NCBI GenBank assembly: GCA_003104995.1
Contig: PQAO01000027.1
Location: forward strand, 100,799-164,798
Reading direction: 5' to 3'
Length of the DNA stretch: 64,000 nucleotides
Source of the DNA: Dehalococcoidia bacterium
GTDB taxonomy: Bacteria > Chloroflexota > Dehalococcoidia > Tepidiformales > Tepidiformaceae
Shown here: positions 36,935-46,986 of the stretch, piece by piece
Numbering within the stretch: position 1 is the stretch's first letter
How the letters are laid out: every line of letters starts with the position of its first letter
Program-made: the position numbers and the translations under genes
The notes under the pieces: generated by a model
Database searches by the model: none
What the model was told of the DNA's origin: nothing
Seen by the model: only the letters and a program-made list of their open reading frames with translations

Positions 36935-38764
36935 CTACGGCGAGCCCTCGTAGGTTATCCCGGGCAGCACCGACTTGAAGCCCGGGCCCGGGGCGCCACC
37001 CCCGGTGCTGTCGCGGGTGACCTGCACGGTGATGGTGGTGATTCCGCCGCCGCCGAGCAGCGGCTCGATGATGACCGTGCCGCTGAGCTGACCTTCAGGT
37101 AGGTTGGCCGCATCGACGGTGATTTGCAGCTCCGAGTCCCGGCCACGGGTGGCGATCCGGGGCGTCTTCTGCACAACCACGTCCGTCTCGCTGCCGATGG
37201 CGACACCGCCGTCGACGACCCGCCCGGGCGGGTCGTACGGGTGCCGGACGATCAGCCAGGAGGCGGAGGTCCGCACCCGGAATGGGGCGATCCAGGTCCC
37301 CGTGTTACGCACGGTAATCGCAGATGATGTGGCGCTCGTCGTGCTCGCCGTGATGGAGACCGCGCGATCGCCGACGACCTGGAGTTGCGGGTTCCCGAGG
37401 AAGGCTGAGGCGAGACCAGGATCGATCGGCGGCGTCGTGTCGAAGTGGGGCACGATTTCGAGTTCGGGGATCGTGGTGGGGAAGTCCATCGAGGCGCAGC
37501 CTCCGGCGAAGCCCCCGTCAGAGCACTTGTCGTAGTTCTCGGCCGTCAGCGCCGACGCCACCTGGGGCACGGTGAGGCTGGGCATCGTGAACACCTGGGG
37601 CGGCCAGAGGCGGCCCTCCGGGTTTACGGGGGCTTCGGGGTCGGGTTTGGTGACTTTCGCGAGGAACTCGTCGGCCGACCACCCTGTGAAATTTCCCGCC
37701 TGGATGTTCCACCAGGTCAGCCCGTTGGCCGAGGCAGGGCCACCCAGGACTGTGACCACCGTCCCGTCGGAGAGACAAGTGACGATTGTGGGACTTGCCG
37801 GTTCCGAGCGCAGGTTCAGGCAGTTGCCCGTGCCGATGACGACGCCGGTATCCCCGGGCTCGAACCTGGCGCCGCTGGAGGAGGGCGGCGGCGCGCCGGG
37901 CTGGCTCAACGGTGGGGGGTACGTGGCGCCTTTCGCCACGGGCGGGTAACGGACGCAGCCGTAAACCACCTCGTTGTAGGTGTAATCGCTTCGGTTGAAC
38001 ACGCCGTAGCCCGGCGCGTTGGGGTCTCCGCAGTTCCAGACTGTCCCGCGGAGCGGGTTCTTTGCGGGGTTCAGAGGGTGGTTGCTGAAGGCGAACCCGT
38101 TGTAGCTCCAGACGGCGTAGTACCAGTCCTCCAGCGCCAGCGGGTCGCCGTTTCCCGCGACAGGGCGGAGACCGGGGGCGCTGTTCCACTTGTCGGCCAG
38201 GATGCGGACACCTTCGGCGACGTTGAACATTGGATGCGTGCCGATGATTGCCTGGCGCGCGGAAGGGACGCGCACGTCGAGCGCCGGCGGCGCCGACAAG
38301 TGGCCCATGCCACTCGTGATCTGGCCGATGCCATAGCCGCAGTCCATCGATAGGAGGATCGAACCGACGCCGCCATAGGGGGTGCTGTGCGAAGCGTTGC
38401 CATAGTCAGATTCGATCCAGGCGATGGCCTTGTACAGCGATGGTGGGATGCTATTGGCCGTGCTCGCCGGGAGGCGTGCCGAACGCGGGCCGCTCTCCAC
38501 GCCCTGGTAGGTTAGGTCGATGACTTCGCCGTTGCTCAGCGTGTACGCCGGCGGCACGGCAAGCCCGCGCGCGGCAAGCTCGATCGCGCGGCCGTACTGC
38601 TGGCCATAGTTCTCGAACTCGTATGTGTCGAAACCCCAGCCACGGTTCGGCAGGTGGCACGGGTAGTGGTCGGCCTTCCCGGGTTCGGGGCTGCCGACGG
38701 CGACCGCGCACGCGAGCGCGAAGAGCGCCGCCAATGCGGCGAGCCGTTCTAGCGTCGCGCCCAT
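36935..38764 (-). CDS. Secreted protein with a lytic-transglycosylase-like N-domain and an SH3b-like domain
   Basis: The signal peptide is MGATLERLAALAALFALACAVAVG. AWIESDYGN...CGYGIGQITSGM resembles the SLT catalytic Glu and GLMQ-type motifs. CLNLRSEPASPTIVTCLSDGTVVTVL...GWSADEFL is SH3b-like. Confidence 0.55.
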   Translation of the reverse strand: MGATLERLAALAALFALACAVAVGSPEPGKADHYPCHLPNRGWGFDTYEFENYGQQYGRAIELAARGLAVPPAYTLSNGEVIDLTYQGVESGPRSARLPASTANSIPPSLYKAIAWIESDYGNASHSTPYGGVGSILLSMDCGYGIGQITSGMGHLSAPPALDVRVPSARQAIIGTHPMFNVAEGVRILADKWNSAPGLRPVAGNGDPLALEDWYYAVWSYNGFAFSNHPLNPAKNPLRGTVWNCGDPNAPGYGVFNRSDYTYNEVVYGCVRYPPVAKGATYPPPLSQPGAPPPSSSGARFEPGDTGVVIGTGNCLNLRSEPASPTIVTCLSDGTVVTVLGGPASANGLTWWNIQAGNFTGWSADEFLAKVTKPDPEAPVNPEGRLWPPQVFTMPSLTVPQVASALTAENYDKCSDGGFAGGCASMDFPTTIPELEIVPHFDTTPPIDPGLASAFLGNPQLQVVGDRAVSITASTTSATSSAITVRNTGTWIAPFRVRTSASWLIVRHPYDPPGRVVDGGVAIGSETDVVVQKTPRIATRGRDSELQITVDAANLPEGQLSGTVIIEPLLGGGGITTITVQVTRDSTGGGAPGPGFKSVLPGITYEGSP

Positions 38765-39849
38765 CCGAGGAACCTTGTGTAGTCATCTATGGCGGCGCGG
38801 CCGGAAGCATCCACCAGTTCCAACTGCGCGGAACCCGCATCGAGGAAGCTCTCCCCCGACCAGCGCATCACTGCCAGGGTCGAGCCATCGGGCGCGTACG
38901 CCAGGGGAACGTCGAATCCGCCGGCATCGGCCTTGAGAGCCTGGGTTGTGACGCCGCCGGATTCCTGGCCCGGTTCGACGCCGAAGGTGGGCCGGCCGCT
39001 CTTTGGCTCCCAGGCCACGCCCAGCGCCGTGACTTCGGCAGAGAGCGCCTGTGCCTGGACGGATGTGGCGCCGCTCAGCGAAACGGTCCGCGCAAGGTAG
39101 CGCAGGCCGGCTTCGGTGTTCGCTTCAACGTAGGCAAGCCGGGCGCCATCGGGGCTTAGCTGCCAGTCGCGAGTGATGGCTGTCCCCAGCGAGAGCGTGT
39201 CTTTGCCATCGCGCGCGACGGTCGAGCCGCGGCCATCGATGACCACGGCGATCAGCGAGCCACTGGGCTCGTATCCAACCGGGAACACCGCCAGCACCGC
39301 GTCGCGCGTCCAGAGCACGTCCTCGGTGCCGCCGAGGGCCACGCGCAGGACCTGTATCGCGCCGAACGAGGTGCCGGAAGCTACACCTCGCGTGACCACA
39401 ACCGACTGGCTATCTGGAGCCCAGACGGGCACCTGGTTTGGCTCGATGTTCAGTGCTGCGCGGAAGAGCTCGCCAGTGACCAGGTCGACAGTGATCAACG
39501 ATGCCACCGGCCGTGTGGCGGTCCCGGCGTCGACCGCGACCACCGCCACCTTCGTGCCGTCCGGAGAGACCGAGCCGGTGGCGCTCATGCCATCGATGTG
39601 CGGGACCCGGGCAACCTCGGTAATCGCCCCGGGATTCTCGGCCCAGGCGACGGCAACGATGTCGTACTGGCCCTCGGTCCGCGAGACCACGGCGTAGTTG
39701 CCGGAAGGCGCGCTCGCAAAGGCAGTGCGGGTGGCCACCCGCTGCCCGGAGATGCCGAAGGCAGTGGCAACGATTGGCGCGATGGCGATGATGGCGGCCA
39801 ACACCGTCACTCCGATGATGAGGCGGGAAACACTGGTGTGTGCGGCCAT
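38749..39849 (-). CDS. Membrane-anchored PD40/TolB-like beta-propeller protein
   Basis: The N-terminal anchor is LIIGVTVLAAIIAIAPIVATAF. Repeated SPDG blades are visible (VSPDGTKVAVV, WAPDSQSVVV, LSPDGARLAYV, YAPDGSTLAVM). The start was moved to the ATG at 39849. Confidence 0.6.
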   Translation of the reverse strand: MAAHTSVSRLIIGVTVLAAIIAIAPIVATAFGISGQRVATRTAFASAPSGNYAVVSRTEGQYDIVAVAWAENPGAITEVARVPHIDGMSATGSVSPDGTKVAVVAVDAGTATRPVASLITVDLVTGELFRAALNIEPNQVPVWAPDSQSVVVTRGVASGTSFGAIQVLRVALGGTEDVLWTRDAVLAVFPVGYEPSGSLIAVVIDGRGSTVARDGKDTLSLGTAITRDWQLSPDGARLAYVEANTEAGLRYLARTVSLSGATSVQAQALSAEVTALGVAWEPKSGRPTFGVEPGQESGGVTTQALKADAGGFDVPLAYAPDGSTLAVMRWSGESFLDAGSAQLELVDASGRAAIDDYTRFLGWARR

Positions 39850-39892
39850 GGTCCGTCGTGAAACAGCCAAAGAGCGGGCTCCGTACGTTTGA

Positions 39893-40975
39893 TTAGTCGA
39901 GGCTTCGGACCCAGCCGAAGAAAGATGATCCTGGTTCGGCCGCGATCCGCTCGCGGGATGACCGGGTTTGTAGCTCAATGAACTCCTCGGCACGGAGTGT
40001 GCGATCCGCGCCGGGGACGATGACGGTCGCGACCCAGGTGTCGCCGGCCGGGGCCCAGTCGAGCGGGACCACGTAGCCACCCTCAGAGCCGGGCTCTTCG
40101 AGTGCCAGGGCGCCTCCGGGACCGCCAAACACCGGGACTGGCGATCCCGGTTCCCAGGCGGCGCCGAGCTGGTCCTTTTCCGCTGGCTGGGTGGAGATGG
40201 CGCCGGTCGCGATGGTCAGGACACGGCCGACGTAGGTGCGCGAGCCTCCCCCAAGGACGTCGATGAAAGCGAGCCGCGAGCCGCCCGGGCTCAGTGCCCA
40301 GTCTCGCGTCCGTCCGGGGCTGAGTTCGGCCAGGCGCCGGACTTCGCCGTCGCGCCGTTCCCAGAGGTGAGACCCGGTTTCGTCGACGACTACTACAAAC
40401 AGCCGTTCGCCATCGATGCTGTACCCGACGGGCGCCACCGCGAATGGATTCCGGAACTCGGCCACCATCCGGGCCGCACCGGCCGCGACATCGACTTCGA
40501 GCACGCGGGCCACCCGGTTGCCGTCCTCCGCGGAAGATTGGACTGCCGCCAGGCGCTGGCCATCGGGAGACCACGCCAACGCGCTGAGATAGTCGAGGCT
40601 GCCGGGCACGGCGGTGGTCTCGCGAGCCGCGACATCGACCACGTAGAGCGACGCGAACACCCCGGAGGTGACGGACAGGACGGCTACGCGGTCGCCGAGA
40701 GGGGACGCCGAACCCCTGGCATGGAAGCCGGGAAAGTGCGGGATCACCGCGACCAGTTCGGGTTCGGAACCCGGCGCGGCATCGCGGACAAAGAGGTGGT
40801 CGACGCCACCCTCGGCCGGGACGGAATACGCGATAGAGCGCACGTCGCCAAGAGGTGCGGCAACCATCGGCGCCACGTCCGTCCCGGTCTGGCGTGGGCC
40901 GAAGACAGCCCATGCCACAACCGCTGCGACAACAGCGAACGTCCCGAGGGAAAGTGGAATGAGACTGCGTGGCAC
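39893..40975 (-). CDS. Membrane-anchored PD40/TolB-like beta-propeller protein (paralogue of 38749..39849)
   Basis: It has the same architecture: anchor LSLGTFAVVAAVVAWAVF and blades WSPDGQRLAAV, LSPGGSRLAFI and WAPAGDTWVA. A GTG at 40975 gives a size similar to the paralogue, but the start is uncertain. Confidence 0.55.
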   Translation of the reverse strand: MPRSLIPLSLGTFAVVAAVVAWAVFGPRQTGTDVAPMVAAPLGDVRSIAYSVPAEGGVDHLFVRDAAPGSEPELVAVIPHFPGFHARGSASPLGDRVAVLSVTSGVFASLYVVDVAARETTAVPGSLDYLSALAWSPDGQRLAAVQSSAEDGNRVARVLEVDVAAGAARMVAEFRNPFAVAPVGYSIDGERLFVVVVDETGSHLWERRDGEVRRLAELSPGRTRDWALSPGGSRLAFIDVLGGGSRTYVGRVLTIATGAISTQPAEKDQLGAAWEPGSPVPVFGGPGGALALEEPGSEGGYVVPLDWAPAGDTWVATVIVPGADRTLRAEEFIELQTRSSRERIAAEPGSSFFGWVRSLD

Positions 40976-41265
40976 GTGAATACCGTGGCGAACCCCGGGA
41001 ACGAGCACGCGGCTACCTCGCGCTTGAGGGTGGCCAACCACCCAGGTCTGACGCCGGCTCGACTCCAGCGCTTCGGCCCCGCATCGATGAAGCCCGGTAC
41101 CCCCGCGGTACCGCGTTAGCCGCCAACCGGCGGCGGGTGGGCGCCTTCCTGACGCCAACCCATGGCCGAACGTAACAACCGGGATCTATCCCGTCAATCG
41201 CCATTAACCGGTGGGCGGACCGGTCCCCCCGGCCCAATCGAGCACCTGTGCTAACATTTCTGCGC

Positions 41266-41958
41266 ATGATCTGGTATTTCCAAGACCTCGCGGAGAACCC
41301 CGAGGTCCTTCTTATTTATCTGGCTGCCACGGCAGTGGCGATCTTCACCGGCCTTGCCTTTCACGAGTTCAGTCACGCCTGGGCAGCCCACGAACTCGGA
41401 GATGACACGGCCGCCCGGGCGGGCCGGCTCACGCTCAACCCCATGGCCCACCTGGACCCCATCGGGTCCGTCCTGGTGCTGCTGTTCGGTTTCGGCTGGG
41501 CAAAACCCACCCCCGTGAACCCATGGCGGCTGCGCGGCGGGCCAAGGCGCGGCAGTGCCATCGTGGCGTTCGCCGGGCCGGCTTCCAACTTCTTCTTTGC
41601 CGCCCTGGCGGCGCTGCCCTTGAAGATGGGACTCGTCGAAACCAGGTTCGGCAGCATCGAGAGCATTATCCAGCTCGGATCGGGCGAGGACTTCCTCTGG
41701 CTGTTCCTTTTCTTCATCATCAGCATCAATATTCTGCTGGGCATCTTCAACCTGATACCCATCGCCCCGCTTGATGGTTTCAAGGTCGCTGTCGGGATAC
41801 TTCCCCGTGAAGCCGCACGCGGGCTCGAACGCATCGAACCGTATGGTCCGGGCATCCTGATGGCCCTCATCGCCATCGGGTTCATCGCGCCCCAACTGAG
41901 TCCGTTGAGGTGGCTCATCGGCCTTGTCTACGACGACATCTTCAACCTGATCCTCTAG
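41266..41958 (+). CDS. Site-2 protease family (M50) membrane metalloprotease
   Basis: Contains the HExxH motif in LAFHEFSHAWAAH, a downstream NLIPIAPLDGFKV motif and multiple TM segments. Confidence 0.8.
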   Translation: MIWYFQDLAENPEVLLIYLAATAVAIFTGLAFHEFSHAWAAHELGDDTAARAGRLTLNPMAHLDPIGSVLVLLFGFGWAKPTPVNPWRLRGGPRRGSAIVAFAGPASNFFFAALAALPLKMGLVETRFGSIESIIQLGSGEDFLWLFLFFIISINILLGIFNLIPIAPLDGFKVAVGILPREAARGLERIEPYGPGILMALIAIGFIAPQLSPLRWLIGLVYDDIFNLIL

Positions 41959-42070
41959 CCAGCAGGTCGCCGGAACACCTGACGGCGCACGGTTCACGAG
42001 AGCCATACCGAACCTGTGCTAGCCTTAGGCGTACAATTCTGGCCATCCACCAGAACTCCCAGGGGTCGAC

Positions 42071-43105
42071 ATGCCACAGTCGCGCGTCAGCATTATCGGT
42101 ACCGGCCTGATCGGCACCTCGATCGGCCTTGCACTCGCCTCACGTCCGGACCGCCAGTACGAAATCGTCGGAGCGGACCGCGACCGGACCGCGGCCCGGA
42201 CAGCCAAGAAGATGGGCGCCCTCGACCGGGAGGTCGGGTCGCTCGAAGAGGCGGTCCAGGGGGCCGGCCTCGTCATCCTCGCGGTCCCGGTGGTCGCCGC
42301 CCGCCAGATACTGCAGGACATCGGCCGCTACCTCGAACCCGGTGTTGTCATCACCGACGCTTGCAGCACAAAGTCCGACATCATGCGCTGGGCGCAGGAG
42401 TACCTCCCCGAATCGGCCAACTTTGTTGGCGGCCACCCCATGGCTGGTAAGGAGAAAAGCGGCCCTTCCGCCGCTTCGGCCGACCTCTTCAAGGATGCGA
42501 CGTGGGCCATCACGCCTTCCCCGCGCGCGGATGAGAAGGCCGTCGGCGTGGTGCTGGGGCTTGTCGAGACGCTCGGGGCCATCCCGCTCTATATCGACTC
42601 GGCGGAGCATGACCAGTACGCGGCGGCGGTCAGCCACGTCCCTCTCCTGCTCTCGGTGGCGCTGTTCCGCATGGTGCGCGACAGCCAGGGTTGGGAAGAC
42701 GCCTCGCTGCTTGCCGGGCCAGGCTTCCGCGACCTGACCCGCCTCGCGAGCGGCGACCCGGTGATGTCGCGCGACATTATGTTCACGAACCGCGAGGCCA
42801 TCCTCCATTGGATCGGCCGAATCCAGGACGAGCTGTCGACGGTGAAGAAGGCCCTCGAGATCGGTGGGGAGCCGGTGCTCGACCTCTTCCGCAGCACCCA
42901 GCTCGACCGCGATACGTTCATCGAGAACCCGCCGGTGCGCAGGCGGCCGGAGGGCGTCGGGGCGCCTTCGGCGCAGGACGCGATGGCGCGGATGTTCGTG
43001 GGAGGTCTCTACGACCGCCTCAAGGAAGTCTCGAGCCGAGGGCCTGGCGCCCCCAAAGATGACGCCGAATTGCGCCGCAAACTCGGCGTCCGCGACAACC
43101 CGTGA
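42071..43105 (+). CDS. tyrA: Prephenate dehydrogenase
   Basis: Has the Rossmann motif VSIIGTGLIGTSIGLAL, followed by GGHPMAGKE and the PDH C-terminal domain. Confidence 0.88.
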   Translation: MPQSRVSIIGTGLIGTSIGLALASRPDRQYEIVGADRDRTAARTAKKMGALDREVGSLEEAVQGAGLVILAVPVVAARQILQDIGRYLEPGVVITDACSTKSDIMRWAQEYLPESANFVGGHPMAGKEKSGPSAASADLFKDATWAITPSPRADEKAVGVVLGLVETLGAIPLYIDSAEHDQYAAAVSHVPLLLSVALFRMVRDSQGWEDASLLAGPGFRDLTRLASGDPVMSRDIMFTNREAILHWIGRIQDELSTVKKALEIGGEPVLDLFRSTQLDRDTFIENPPVRRRPEGVGAPSAQDAMARMFVGGLYDRLKEVSSRGPGAPKDDAELRRKLGVRDNP

Positions 43106-44403
43106 GGGTCATCCGCGCCGACCGGATCCGCGCCACTGTCGAAGTCCCTTCGGATAAGTCCATTTCCCACCGCGCGTTGATCTTCAACGCTATCGCCGAC
43201 GGGCCGGCCACCATCGAGCGCATCCTGGACTCGGAGGACGTACGGGCGACCGCGCGATGCCTTGAGGCGCTGGGGGTGCCGATCGACTGGCCGCAGGACT
43301 CGCCCGTGGCGCGGGTGACCGGGCAGGGCCTCCACGGGCTGTTTGAAAGCGACGAGATCCTGGATTGCGCCAACAGCGGAACCACCATGCGCCTCCTGAT
43401 GGGCCTCCTCGCCGGCCACCCTCTCCTGAGCGTCCTGACGGGCGACGAATCGCTGCGCCAGCGGCCGATGGCCCGGGTCATCGGGCCACTGCGCCAGATG
43501 GGCGCACACATCCACGCCAGGACCGGTGACACGCTCGCACCAGTGGTCATCAAGGGCGGCGGACTGACTGGCACCGAGTACCAAAGCCCGGTGGCGAGCG
43601 CCCAGGTCAAGTCGGCACTCCTGCTGGCGGGCCTCTACGCCGACGGGAAGACCGCCGTGACCGAGCCTGCCACCAGCCGGGACCACACTGAACGCATGTT
43701 GAGCGCGATGGGAGCACCACTCACAGCCGGCGGCACCACCGTGACCGTCGAACCCGCAACCAGCCCGCTGCACGCGCTCAGCCTGCGCGTGCCTGGCGAT
43801 ATTTCGAGTGCCGCGCCGTGGCTCGTCCTCGCCGCGTGCCACCCTGACGCTGAGCTTGTCCTCGAAGGCGTCAACGTGAACGAGACGAGGACGGGGCTGC
43901 TCGACATCCTGACGGCCATGGGGGCGTCGATCGAACTGATGGAAGAACGGATGAGCGGCGGCGAACCCGTGGCCGATATCCTGGTCCGCTCCTCGGAGCT
44001 GCGCTCGACTTCGGTCTCCGGCGGAGTGGTGCCGCGGGCCATCGACGAACTCCCGCTGGTCGCCCTGCTGGGGTGCTTTGCGGAAGGCGAGACCGTTGTT
44101 CGCGATGCCGCCGAGCTGCGGGTGAAAGAGTCCGACCGCGTCGAGGCGGTGGTGGAGGTCCTGGGCCGGATGGGTGCAAGGATCACTGCCCACCCGGACG
44201 GCTTCACGGTCCACGGACCGGCAAAGCTCCATGGGGCGCGCATCGATGGCCGGGGAGACCACCGGATCGGGATGCTGGGCGCAATCGCGGGCAGCCTTGC
44301 CAGCGGAGAAACTCGAGTGGAGAACGATGCGGTTGGCGTTTCGTATCCGGACTTCTGGCATGACCTTGCACAGGCGGCTGAGGGCGGGATGATCAGCGCG
44401 TGA
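43102..44403 (+). CDS. aroA: 3-phosphoshikimate 1-carboxyvinyltransferase (EPSP synthase)
   Basis: Shows VPSDKSISHRALIF, NSGTTMRLL, LRQRPMARV and ELRVKESDR. The GTG start overlaps the tyrA stop (GTGA). Confidence 0.93.
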   Translation: MRVIRADRIRATVEVPSDKSISHRALIFNAIADGPATIERILDSEDVRATARCLEALGVPIDWPQDSPVARVTGQGLHGLFESDEILDCANSGTTMRLLMGLLAGHPLLSVLTGDESLRQRPMARVIGPLRQMGAHIHARTGDTLAPVVIKGGGLTGTEYQSPVASAQVKSALLLAGLYADGKTAVTEPATSRDHTERMLSAMGAPLTAGGTTVTVEPATSPLHALSLRVPGDISSAAPWLVLAACHPDAELVLEGVNVNETRTGLLDILTAMGASIELMEERMSGGEPVADILVRSSELRSTSVSGGVVPRAIDELPLVALLGCFAEGETVVRDAAELRVKESDRVEAVVEVLGRMGARITAHPDGFTVHGPAKLHGARIDGRGDHRIGMLGAIAGSLASGETRVENDAVGVSYPDFWHDLAQAAEGGMISA

Positions 44404-44999
44404 ACGCGCGCCCGCTGGTCATCGTCCTTCACGGCCCGTCCGGCGTCGGGAAAGATGCTGTCATCGACCGGCTCCGCGAGCGCACCGGTATTCACCGCGC
44501 CACCAGCACCACCAGCCGGCTCCCCCGGCCCAACGAAGAAGACGGCAATCACTATCATTTCGTTTCGGAAACCGAGTTTGAAGACAAGATCCGTGCCGGG
44601 GAGTTCGCTGAGTGGGCGCGTGTGTACGACGACTACAAGGGGCTGGAACGCCGCGAGGTTGAGCAACCGCTCCGCGATGGCCGCGACGTCATCATCCGGA
44701 CCGATGTCCAGGGGGCCCGCACCTGGCGAGAGCGCCTCCACGGCGCCATCTTCATCTTCCTGATGGCGGAAGACCGCGAAGTCCTCCGTACCCGCCTTTC
44801 ATCCCGCGGCAGTGAAGATGCGGCCGCGTTGGCTCGCCGCATCGGGGAGCTCGAAAAAGAGCTGGCGGATATCGAAAACAACGATTATGTCGTCTATAAC
44901 CGCCACGGCCATCTCGAAGAGACGGTCGATGAGATCGAGCGGATCATCCACGCCGAAAAGCGGAAGCGGCGGCGGACGGCGGCCCGCCTCCTTTCCTGA
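44400..44999 (+). CDS. gmk: Guanylate kinase
   Basis: Has LHGPSGVGKDAV (P-loop) and TTSRLPRPNEEDGNHYHFVSETEFEDKIRAGEFAEWARVY. The GTG start overlaps the aroA stop (GTGA). Confidence 0.85.
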   Translation: MNARPLVIVLHGPSGVGKDAVIDRLRERTGIHRATSTTSRLPRPNEEDGNHYHFVSETEFEDKIRAGEFAEWARVYDDYKGLERREVEQPLRDGRDVIIRTDVQGARTWRERLHGAIFIFLMAEDREVLRTRLSSRGSEDAAALARRIGELEKELADIENNDYVVYNRHGHLEETVDEIERIIHAEKRKRRRTAARLLS

Positions 45000-45057
45000 C
45001 TGGCGCGCGCATGCACCCCGCCCGTAGCATTCCGGCCAGACCCGACGGGAGGTCCGT

Positions 45058-45909
45058 GTGGACCCGGAGTTCATCAAGCTATTCAACCTTGAGGGCAAGG
45101 TCGCCCTCGTCACCGGGGCATCGAGCGGGCTCGGCGTTGCGTTTGCCAGGGGGCTCGCCCGGGCCGGCGCGAACGTCGTTGTCACCGCACGGCGACAGGA
45201 ACTGATCGACCAGACTGCCGCGATGGCGCGCGGATTCGGCGGCAGGTCGACGGCCATCGCGGCCGACATCACCAACGAAGCGCAGTTCGAAGGGCTCTTC
45301 GAGCAAGTCGTCGCGGAATACGGGCGGCTCGACATCCTGGTGAACAACGCCGGGTATACGGACCGCTCGGGCCTCCGGCACGACATGGGCAGCTTCAAGC
45401 GGATGCGTTCGATTGTCGAGCTCGACCTGCTGGCGACCATCAATGGGTGCCGCCTGGCGGGCCGGCAGATGATCGAGCAGAAGACCGGCGGCAGCATCAT
45501 CAACGTCAGCTCCATCCTCGGCCGGGTGGGGAGCGAGTTCCGGGCTGCTTCGTACCACGCGGCGAAGGGCGGCGTCGACGCGCTCACGCGGGTCCTGGCA
45601 TTGGAATACGCACGGGAACGCATCCGCGTGAACGCCATCGCTCCGTCGTACTTCGACGGCACGGAGCTGATGGACCAGGTGTTCGAGGCGACGCCCGCCA
45701 CGCGCGACCATGCCATCTCGCGGACACCAATGGGCCGGCTGGGGCAGCCGGAGGACCTTGAAGGGGCGGTCGTCTATCTGGCCTCGGACGCAGCCCGGTT
45801 CGTCACGGGCCACATCCTCTACGTCGATGGTGGCTGGACGGCAGGCGGCGGGTACCACCAGCTACCGCCGATGTGGGAATCGAGCCCGGGGCACCAGAAG
45901 CCCGGTTAG
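45058..45909 (+). CDS. SDR-family oxidoreductase
   Basis: Has TGASSGLG (TGxxxGxG), NNAG and the catalytic YHAAK (YxxxK). GGGAGG lies upstream of the GTG at 45058. Confidence 0.85.
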   Translation: MDPEFIKLFNLEGKVALVTGASSGLGVAFARGLARAGANVVVTARRQELIDQTAAMARGFGGRSTAIAADITNEAQFEGLFEQVVAEYGRLDILVNNAGYTDRSGLRHDMGSFKRMRSIVELDLLATINGCRLAGRQMIEQKTGGSIINVSSILGRVGSEFRAASYHAAKGGVDALTRVLALEYARERIRVNAIAPSYFDGTELMDQVFEATPATRDHAISRTPMGRLGQPEDLEGAVVYLASDAARFVTGHILYVDGGWTAGGGYHQLPPMWESSPGHQKPG

Positions 45910-45912
45910 GAC

Positions 45913-46953
45913 CTACGACGAAGAACGCGAGCCGGTGATGTCGGCCATCAGTTCGAGCGCCTCTTCCTGGCGCGCCTGGACGAGCATGGTGGTCACGCCA
46001 GCGTCTTCCCACGCCCGGTAGCGCTCCTTGATGCGCTCCACGGGCCCCACCAGGGACATTTCGTCACAGAGCTCGTCGGGGACGGCGTCAGCGGCTTCCT
46101 GTTTCCGGCCGGCCAGGTAGAGCTCCTGGATGCGCGCGGCGGCCTCGCCGTAACCGTACTTGATGGCCATCTCGTTGTGGAAGTTCTTCTCTTTCGCGCC
46201 CATGCCGCCCATGTAGAGGGCGAGGTGCGGCTTCTGCATCGCAAGGAGGGACTTCACGTCGTCGCCGATCGTGACGGTGCAACCCGCGGCGATGTCGAAG
46301 TCCTTCCAGGATTTCCCGCCCCCGGCCCGCGCGAAGCCCTCTTCGAGGTGAGCCCGGAAGAGGTTCATGCGCTGTGGGGAGAACCAGATGGGAAGCCAGC
46401 CATCGGCGAGTTCAGCGGTCGTCCGGATGTTCACCGGCCCCATCGTGGCCAGGTACACGGGCAACTGGCGGCCATGGAGGATGCTCTTCAGCGGCTTTCC
46501 GAGCCCGGTGGCGCCGGGGCCGGTGTAGGGCAGCTGGTACTCCTGGCCCTGGTAGCTCACGGGCTCGTCGCGGGCCCAGATCTTCCGCAGGATTTCGACG
46601 TATTCGCGCGTCCGGGCCGCCGGTTTGCCATAGGGAACGCCATGCCAACCTTCCACCACCTGGGGACCGCTTAGCCCGAGGCCCACGAGCGCCCGGCCAC
46701 CCGAGAGGGCGTCCAGCGTCGACATGGTCATCGCGCACATGGCCGGAGTCCTGGCAGGGATTTGCAGGATCGCGGTGCCGAGCTTGATGCGTGTGGTCTT
46801 CGCTGCGATATAGGCGAGTGGCGTCACAGCATCAGAGCCATACGCTTCAGCCGCCCAGACGGAGTCATAGCCCATGGCCTCTACCTGGAGTACCAGGTCC
46901 ATTGGGATGTGGAGGCTCGCTCCGGAATAGCCGATGTTGATGCCAAGTTTCAT
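45913..46953 (-). CDS. LLM-class (luciferase-like) F420-dependent oxidoreductase
   Basis: MKLGINIGYSG...GYDSVWAAEAYGSDAVTPLAYIAAKTTRIKLGTAILQIPARTPA...GRALVGLGLSGPQVVEGWHG is typical of the F420-dependent LLM family. Confidence 0.85.
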   Translation of the reverse strand: MKLGINIGYSGASLHIPMDLVLQVEAMGYDSVWAAEAYGSDAVTPLAYIAAKTTRIKLGTAILQIPARTPAMCAMTMSTLDALSGGRALVGLGLSGPQVVEGWHGVPYGKPAARTREYVEILRKIWARDEPVSYQGQEYQLPYTGPGATGLGKPLKSILHGRQLPVYLATMGPVNIRTTAELADGWLPIWFSPQRMNLFRAHLEEGFARAGGGKSWKDFDIAAGCTVTIGDDVKSLLAMQKPHLALYMGGMGAKEKNFHNEMAIKYGYGEAAARIQELYLAGRKQEAADAVPDELCDEMSLVGPVERIKERYRAWEDAGVTTMLVQARQEEALELMADITGSRSSS

Positions 46954-46986
46954 GTCGTCTCTCCGCGCTGAGGTTAGGGTGCGAGG

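Noticed and set aside
43009-44361. A 450-aa minus-strand ORF (plus 43635..44741) opposite aroA and gmk.
   Set aside because: The + strand genes are textbook EPSP synthase and guanylate kinase. The antisense translations are Arg/Pro/Gly-rich junk.
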